A stretch of DNA of 40,125 bases from Rickettsiales bacterium (GTDB lineage: Bacteria > Pseudomonadota > Alphaproteobacteria > Rickettsiales > UBA1997): NCBI GenBank assembly GCA_032119875.1, contig JAUMFK010000005.1:1-40125 (forward strand), in the 5' to 3' direction. The notes beneath the pieces are model-generated. The model saw only the letters and a list, made by a program, of their open reading frames with translations, searched no databases and was not told where the DNA came from. The first letter of the stretch is position 1. Every line of letters starts with the position of its first letter. This document shows, piece by piece, positions 34,732 through 40,125 of the stretch. The translations under genes and the position numbers were made by a program.

Positions 34732-36151
34732 AATGAGATCGTATAGATGATATTAATAAATTTGCTCCTAGAGGTGTAATTTTACTTGATGACTCTGATT
34801 GTTCTGTTGCAACCGCATTTTTACTTGATTCCGATTCTGTTAGAGGTGGTATTGAAGAAGGTTTATTTTTTTTCTCTATATCTTGCAGCTCGCGAACTAA
34901 TGGCATGCTATCAACCACACAGTCTTTTTCACCAAATGTAACTCTAATAAAAAATTTTTCACCCCATGGCAGTCCTGAACTTTTTATTTCATTTAATAAT
35001 AACCAATCTGACAATCCTATAAGACCATGATTGGTTTCATTTAATATTTCTTTTAACTCAACTTTTATGTTGTTTTTCTTAATATATTCACACTGCTTTT
35101 TATAATTAAATTTCAAAAGAAACTTGGCAATACCAAAACTTTTACCATTTTTTTGAGTGCAAGGAGGTGCATTACATGAAGATATTAATTTAATTTCTTG
35201 TAAATTGTTCGCAGATAATTTGTCTTTTACTTCTGGTGATAAGAAATATTTCGATACCAATTCTATTGTTTTTTTATTTTTGATATTATTTTTTTCTAAG
35301 AATGCTTCAATAGTCTCTTTTAATTTTGCTTCTGTAATAAGTGCTGATTGCGAGTCTTTCGTTGCTTCTATAAGATCTGCTCTTAATTCATGAAAGGCGA
35401 TAGCTACTTTAAATGCAATTGCCCCACCAAAACTAAAACCTGATATAAGTGATTTTTGTTCTTCACCCTCTTTTTTATCTAATAAAAATACTTTTAATAA
35501 TCGACAAGCTTCTATGGTTGCTATTTTATCAAGACTTTCTTCTCTTATAAAAAAATTTAAAAGATTAAATGTAGCTTTTTTACTAAGTTGTTTTATTATC
35601 TTTTTATAATTTTTTTCTTCTTGTACTTCTTTTCCTTGTAAAAGTTTTTTTACCTCTTTCAAATCATTAAAAGAATGAGGTAAGCCATTATAAGTAAAGC
35701 CTGTTCCAAGTTCACATAAAAGATTGAATTTTTCAATATTTTCAATAATATCAAGTACATATTCATCATGTTGTTTTTCATCATACTTTACTTCCGATAT
35801 AAAATTAGCAATATCATATGCTTTTTTAAAATTATTAATATCTTTAGGAAGATCCAATTTTTTTAATGATGTTTTAAATTTGCCATATAATTCTTGAAGA
35901 GGTGTTTTAATTTCTAAATCATTAATGCCTTCTAATAATTTATCTAATGAAGAAAAATCTTGTTTTTCTACAATTTTCATTAGATCAGGGGTTGGACCTT
36001 CTATTTTTGTTAATTGATTATAAAAATTTTTGTATGCAAGTATAAATTCTTTGTGCTGTGGTTCTTGAAGATTCGCAACGGCTTCATTATATTGCTGTTT
36101 TAATACTTGGAATTGTGCTGGATGAAAAGAGCATTGATATTTTTTGACCAT
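34730..36151 (-). CDS. Orphan 473-aa protein with a serine-hydrolase-like GxSxG motif; no signal peptide
   Basis: Long ORF with a K/E-rich helical N-terminal half. 'KSLISGFSFGGAIAFKVA' is a nucleophile-elbow-like G-F-S-F-G-G after a hydrophobic strand. Later 'FGEKDCVVDS'. Ser/Glu-rich tail. No family recognised. Confidence 0.6.
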   Translation of the reverse strand: MVKKYQCSFHPAQFQVLKQQYNEAVANLQEPQHKEFILAYKNFYNQLTKIEGPTPDLMKIVEKQDFSSLDKLLEGINDLEIKTPLQELYGKFKTSLKKLDLPKDINNFKKAYDIANFISEVKYDEKQHDEYVLDIIENIEKFNLLCELGTGFTYNGLPHSFNDLKEVKKLLQGKEVQEEKNYKKIIKQLSKKATFNLLNFFIREESLDKIATIEACRLLKVFLLDKKEGEEQKSLISGFSFGGAIAFKVAIAFHELRADLIEATKDSQSALITEAKLKETIEAFLEKNNIKNKKTIELVSKYFLSPEVKDKLSANNLQEIKLISSCNAPPCTQKNGKSFGIAKFLLKFNYKKQCEYIKKNNIKVELKEILNETNHGLIGLSDWLLLNEIKSSGLPWGEKFFIRVTFGEKDCVVDSMPLVRELQDIEKKNKPSSIPPLTESESSKNAVATEQSESSSKITPLGANLLISSIRSH

Positions 36152-36260
36152 AATAGTATAAATTAGAAAATAAAAAAATTTATAAAAAGCATATAAGATA
36201 ATTATATAAATTGCAATACTTTAATTTATATTAAAAAAATATATATTGTTTTTTATTCCT

Positions 36261-36290
36261 AAAACAAATTTGCGATGTAACAGTGGCAAT
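36261..36290 (+). repeat. 30-nt motif, copy 3 (109 nt upstream of the orphan gene start)
   Basis: 'aaaacaaatttgcgatgtaacagtggcaat' matches 27/30 with copy 2. Confidence 0.6.
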
Positions 36291-36448
36291 ATTGTTTTAA
36301 GCAACAACAAGTGTTCCCTAAATGATACATGTGTATTATTTTGAAAATAGGCTATTGTAATTTAAAAAAAATCAATAATAATAAGTTTTTTCAAGAGACT
36401 TATTGTAATTAAAGGCACTTTTGAATTTCAAATTTATTTTAATTTTTT

Positions 36449-36543
36449 GCCATTTTTGGTATAAATTTTACCTATTTTTAGCCTCATATTAAACATAGTG
36501 TGTTGCTTACGTTAGCACAACTGTAATTTATACCAAAAATGGC
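36449..36543. repeat. Perfect 19-bp inverted repeat with a 57-nt spacer in the 547-bp intergenic region
   Basis: 'gccatttttggtataaatt' (36449-36467) and 'aatttataccaaaaatggc' (36525-36543). Confidence 0.7.
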
Positions 36544-36547
36544 TACT

Positions 36548-36577
36548 AAAATATAATTTGGGATGCAACAGTGCCTT
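36548..36577 (+). repeat. 30-nt motif, copy 4 (variant with a 1-nt indel)
   Basis: 'aaaatataatttgggatgcaacagtgcctt'. The core 'atttg.gatgcaacagtgcc' is shared with copy 2. Confidence 0.5.
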
Positions 36578-36698
36578 ACAGTGCTATAATATAATTTCTG
36601 TTAATTAAAACTACATGCTAACTAACTATAATGTGGTTTTAATTAATAAAAATTAGATTGCTGTATATCAAATTTGTTTTAATCTTTTAAATTGGGGC

Positions 36699-38141
36699 AT
36701 GACTAAAAAAAATATTTTAATTGTTGATGATGAGCTTACACAGTGTAAAATTATCAGTCGATTTATTGAAAATTTAGGACATAATTATCTAGTAATAAAT
36801 AGCGGTTTGCAGGTTGTTGATTTTTTTATGAACAAAAAATTAATTAACGATATTTCCTATAAAGATATTGATATTATGTTGCTTGATCTTTCTATGGCAG
36901 ATCTCGATGGCTTAACTATTTTAAAACAAATTAATTCTATTCGAGGTGAGTTGCAAGTGATTGTGCTTACCGCCAATCAAGATATTAATTCTGCAATTGC
37001 AGCTATAAATTGCGGAGCGATTGATTATATTGTTAAAGGTGAATCTGATATTTTTGCTAGAATTACTGCTTCTATTAATAATGCTATTGATAAACGTAAT
37101 TTAAAATATCAAATTTCATATCTTACTAGAAAAATTAAAGATCAAGTTTCGTTCTCCGATGTTTTGGGTCAGAGTGAAATTATTAATCAGGCCGTAAAAA
37201 TGGCAAAAAAAGTGGCGAACTCTAATATTTCGGTGTTGTTAGAGGGGGCGAAAGGCTCTGGTAAAGAGTTGTTTGCTTCGGCAATTCATGGCTCTAGCCA
37301 GAGATCGGGCAAGCCTTTTGTGATTGTTGATTGTGAAATGTTAAAATATGGCAATGGTGAAGAAGAATTATTTGGTTCAGAAAAAATTTTGTTAGATAAT
37401 AGTTTCAAAAAAATCAGTAAACTGCAAGAAGCTAATAACGGCACTATTTATTTAAATAAAATTGATGCATTAAGGCCAGAGTTGCAAGTAAGATTGCTGC
37501 GTTTTATGCAACAAGGAGGGCTTACTTTTAATAATAATAAACCACCTTCTCGTTATAATGTGCGCATCATAGCTTCAACCACCAAAGATTTGCTAGAGTT
37601 AATTAAGCAAAAAAAATTTCGCGAAGATTTATATTATCGTATTAATACTTTTTCTATTAAAATACCTAGTTTAAAAGAGATGGGCGAAAAAGATATTGGC
37701 TTGTTAATTGAAAATTTTTATCGTAATTTTGCTGTGCACGAAAATAAAAAAATTAAAAATATTTCAACAGAGGCAATTTATTTATTGCAAAATTATGAAT
37801 GGGAAGATAATATTCGTCAATTAAAAAACAGTATTTTTCGTGCAGTGGTATTGTGCGATGGCGAAATTATTAAGCCAGAGCATTTTCCTAATTTGGTCTA
37901 CAAAGAAAATAATAATATCATCAAGGCAAAAGCTAATATCAAAAAAAGCTCCGACATGAGTAGTGAGCTTGTTGATATTTTCGATGATGATGGCGGTTGT
38001 AAATCTCTTGATTTTTTAGAAGAAGAAATTATTAAAAGATTAGTAAATATTTATAACGGTAATTTATCAGAAGTGGCAAAGCAGTTAAATATTGGCAGAT
38101 CAACCATTTATCGTAAATTAAAAATATCAGAAAATGCCTAA
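36699..38141 (+). CDS. Orphan NtrC-family response regulator (receiver + degenerate AAA+ + Fis-type HTH), NtrX-like
   Basis: Receiver: 'ILIVDDE', 'MLLDLSMADLDG', 'VLTA', 'YIVKG'. AAA+: Walker A 'GAKGSGKE' and 'FREDLYYRIN'. 'ELFGSEKILLDNS' replaces GAFTGA, and 'IYLNKID' replaces the Walker B 'LFLDEI'. HTH: 'GNLSEVAKQLNIGRSTIYRKLK'. Confidence 0.8.
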   Translation: MTKKNILIVDDELTQCKIISRFIENLGHNYLVINSGLQVVDFFMNKKLINDISYKDIDIMLLDLSMADLDGLTILKQINSIRGELQVIVLTANQDINSAIAAINCGAIDYIVKGESDIFARITASINNAIDKRNLKYQISYLTRKIKDQVSFSDVLGQSEIINQAVKMAKKVANSNISVLLEGAKGSGKELFASAIHGSSQRSGKPFVIVDCEMLKYGNGEEELFGSEKILLDNSFKKISKLQEANNGTIYLNKIDALRPELQVRLLRFMQQGGLTFNNNKPPSRYNVRIIASTTKDLLELIKQKKFREDLYYRINTFSIKIPSLKEMGEKDIGLLIENFYRNFAVHENKKIKNISTEAIYLLQNYEWEDNIRQLKNSIFRAVVLCDGEIIKPEHFPNLVYKENNNIIKAKANIKKSSDMSSELVDIFDDDGGCKSLDFLEEEIIKRLVNIYNGNLSEVAKQLNIGRSTIYRKLKISENA

Positions 38142-39009
38142 AATTACTACAGCAGTTTTTCCAGTTGGTGGGCTAGGAACCAGATTTTTACCCGCCACAA
38201 AGGCAATGCCTAAAGAAATGCTTCCTATTGCAAACAAGCCAATTATTCAATATGCTTATGAAGAGGCAAAACAAGCTGGTATCGAAAAATTTATTTTTAT
38301 TACAGGGCGTAATAAAAATACTATTAATAATCATTTTGACCATGCTTATGAACTTGAAAATACTTTACACGATTTTGGCAAAGAGCAAGAGCTAGCTAAT
38401 GTGATGGGCTGGATGCCTCAAGCAGGGCAAATTTGTTTTGTTAGACAACAAAAACCTTTAGGTTTAGGCCATGCAGTGAGTTGTGCCAAAGGATTTTTGC
38501 CAAAAGACGAGCCTTTTGTAGTAATTTTAGCCGATGAATTATTGATGCCAAGCCAAGATAGATCTGAAAATTTTTTAGCGAAAATGCTTGATTTTTATTA
38601 TCAGCAAAACAATAATTGTAGTGTTGTGGGGGTTGATGTGGTTGAAAAATCACAAACTAATAAATATGGCATTATTGCTACTGGCAATGATAATTTAATT
38701 GTTAATATGGTTGAAAAACCAAATCCCGATCTTGCCCCTTCATGCTTGGCAATTATTGGTCGATACATTTTACAGCCTCAAATTTTTGAGTATTTAGCAA
38801 AAGTAAAGCAGGGTAAAGGCAACGAAATTCAGCTTACCGATGCTATGCAACAAATGTGTCAAGATTATCCTTTTTATTATCAGCAAATAATAAACTCTCG
38901 TTTTGATTGCGGTAGTGTTTTGGGCTATATTGAGGCAAATATTGCTTTTGCTGTTCATGATAAATCTATTTGCCATGAAGTAAAAAAAATTATTACTAAA
39001 TATTTATAA
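38134..39009 (+). CDS. galU: UTP--glucose-1-phosphate uridylyltransferase
   Basis: 'AVFPVGGLGTRFLPATKAMPKEMLPI', 'GLGHAV', 'EKP'. Confidence 0.88.
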   Translation: MPKITTAVFPVGGLGTRFLPATKAMPKEMLPIANKPIIQYAYEEAKQAGIEKFIFITGRNKNTINNHFDHAYELENTLHDFGKEQELANVMGWMPQAGQICFVRQQKPLGLGHAVSCAKGFLPKDEPFVVILADELLMPSQDRSENFLAKMLDFYYQQNNNCSVVGVDVVEKSQTNKYGIIATGNDNLIVNMVEKPNPDLAPSCLAIIGRYILQPQIFEYLAKVKQGKGNEIQLTDAMQQMCQDYPFYYQQIINSRFDCGSVLGYIEANIAFAVHDKSICHEVKKIITKYL

Positions 39010-39013
39010 AATT

Positions 39014-39961
39014 ATGTTAAAGAAAACTGCTATTGTTTTTCCAGGTCAAGGCTCGCAAATTGTTGGTATGGGCTTTGATTTGGCTCAAAATTTTTCGGTG
39101 GCAAAACATTTATTCAATGAAATTGATGAGCAGTTAAAATTTAAACTTAGCACTTTAATGCATGAAGGCCCTGCTGATGAACTCACTAAAACTCAATATG
39201 CTCAGCCTGCTTTAATGGCGGTTTCAATGGCAATTGTGCAAATTTTACTGCACGAAACTAAATTACCGTTTAGCTCTTTTGCTTGCCTTACCGCCGGGCA
39301 TTCATTGGGCGAATATTCTGCATTATGTGCTAGTGGAGTTTTTGATGTTAAAACTACCTCTTTTTTATTGCAAACAAGAGGCTTGGCTATGGCAAAATGT
39401 GGTGAAAAAACTCAAGGTGCAATGGCGGCACTTTTAGGGGGCGAGCAAAAACAAATACAAGATCTTGTCAAAAAAGCTAGTAGTTTTGGGGTGTGTCAAA
39501 TTGCCAACGATAATGCGGTGGGGCAGGTGGTGATTTCTGGTGAAAAAAAAGCCATCGATTATGCTATTTTAATTGCTAAAGAATTTGGCATTAAAAGAGC
39601 TATTTTATTGCCAGTGAGTGGTGCTTTTCATAGCGAACTTATGCTTGATGCTAAACAAAAAATGAGTGAAGCCTTGCAAAATGTGGTTTATCATCGGTAT
39701 CAAGTGCCAGTTGTTGCTAATGTTACTGCCTTGCCAATTGATGATGTTTCGCAGGTTTCGCAATTGCTTACTAGCCAAATTACTGGCTCGGTTTTATGGC
39801 GACAAACTAATCTTTATTTTGCTAATCAACAAATTGAAAGAATAATCGAAATTGGTTCAGGCAAAGTTTTGTGTGGTTTAATTAGTAAAACATGCCCACA
39901 AATAGAAGCTTTATCTTTACAAAACAGCCAAGATGTTGCCAACTTTTTAACAACATTATAA
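39014..39961 (+). CDS. fabD: Malonyl-CoA:ACP transacylase
   Basis: 'VFPGQGSQIVGMG', 'GHSLGEYSAL', 'VSGAFHS'. Confidence 0.9.
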   Translation: MLKKTAIVFPGQGSQIVGMGFDLAQNFSVAKHLFNEIDEQLKFKLSTLMHEGPADELTKTQYAQPALMAVSMAIVQILLHETKLPFSSFACLTAGHSLGEYSALCASGVFDVKTTSFLLQTRGLAMAKCGEKTQGAMAALLGGEQKQIQDLVKKASSFGVCQIANDNAVGQVVISGEKKAIDYAILIAKEFGIKRAILLPVSGAFHSELMLDAKQKMSEALQNVVYHRYQVPVVANVTALPIDDVSQVSQLLTSQITGSVLWRQTNLYFANQQIERIIEIGSGKVLCGLISKTCPQIEALSLQNSQDVANFLTTL

Positions 39962-39967
39962 AAATAC

Positions 39968-39995
39968 TTGACAATAAAAAAATTAATAATATAAT
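39968..39995 (+). promoter_or_regulatory. Consensus sigma-70-type promoter TTGACA-N16-TATAAT
   Basis: TTGACA at 39968-39973 and TATAAT at 39990-39995. It overlaps the left arm of the 26-bp palindrome and lies about 57 nt upstream of the next ATG. Confidence 0.4.
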
Positions 39996-40043
39996 TTATC
40001 AAATATATTATTAATTGTAATATATTTGATAAATTATATTATT
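39985..40043. repeat. Perfect 26-bp inverted repeat with a 7-nt loop (terminator, operator or 5'-UTR hairpin)
   Basis: 'aataatataatttatcaaatatatta'-ttaattg-'taatatatttgataaattatattatt'. The stem is almost pure A/T and is followed by 'cttttat'. Confidence 0.7.
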
Positions 40044-40051
40044 ATTCTTTT

Positions 40052-40125
40052 ATGCCATTTTTAAATCAACAAGAAAGAATAACAATTATTGAAGTTGCTG
40101 GTGTTTGTGCACTATCTGCTCTTCC
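40052..40125 (+). CDS. 5' end of an unidentified ORF running off the window ('MPFLNQQERITIIEVAGVCALSAL')
   Basis: ATG at 40052 with an open frame to the window end. Only 24 codons are visible and they are not FabG-like. Confidence 0.3.
   Translation, partial: MPFLNQQERITIIEVAGVCALSAL

Overview
AT-rich, gene-dense window using the standard code (TGA is used as a stop). I call about 31 CDS and one tRNA; I saw no rRNA, CRISPR array, transposase or integrase. The backbone is housekeeping genes: lptD tail, hflK-hflC-degP, znuC, panC, nuoD, a SEDS protein, fusA, rpmI-rplT, hisH, nadA, thiS, yggS, a xerC/D-family gene, galU and fabD. Their order is scrambled and classical operons are broken. By-eye similarity suggests an alphaproteobacterium with a reduced genome, possibly an intracellular symbiont of Rickettsiales or Holosporales type. 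That rests on the EF-G N-terminus, the hflKC-htrA cluster, an NtrX-like regulator and a DUF2628-like protein, and it is inference only.

Accessory content stands out in four places:
1. A 9.6-kb gene (4205-13813, minus strand) encodes a 3,202-aa mosaic protein. It has a lipobox-like N-terminus, a glycine-rich block, three LamG-like jelly-roll modules, two PA14 modules and about 15 four-Cys CCP/Sushi-like modules. It carries long internal DNA repeats. This is my top candidate for the interesting system.
2. A three-gene Type III-like restriction-modification operon (19348-24664) runs mod, then a Bro-N/DinD-like gene, then res. It lies between tRNA-Val and a solitary fusA.
3. An orphan 473-aa protein with a GxSxG motif is bracketed by a 30-nt motif. 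The same motif also sits at the stop codon of the giant gene. Next to it is the largest intergenic region of the window (547 bp), which contains a perfect 19-bp inverted repeat.
4. Other notable items are a signal-peptide-bearing phytochelatin-synthase-like papain-fold protein, an orphan NtrC-family regulator lacking GAFTGA and the Walker-B Asp-Glu, and a 59-nt palindromic repeat family.

All functional calls come from motif recognition by eye. No database search was possible, so novelty cannot be established here.
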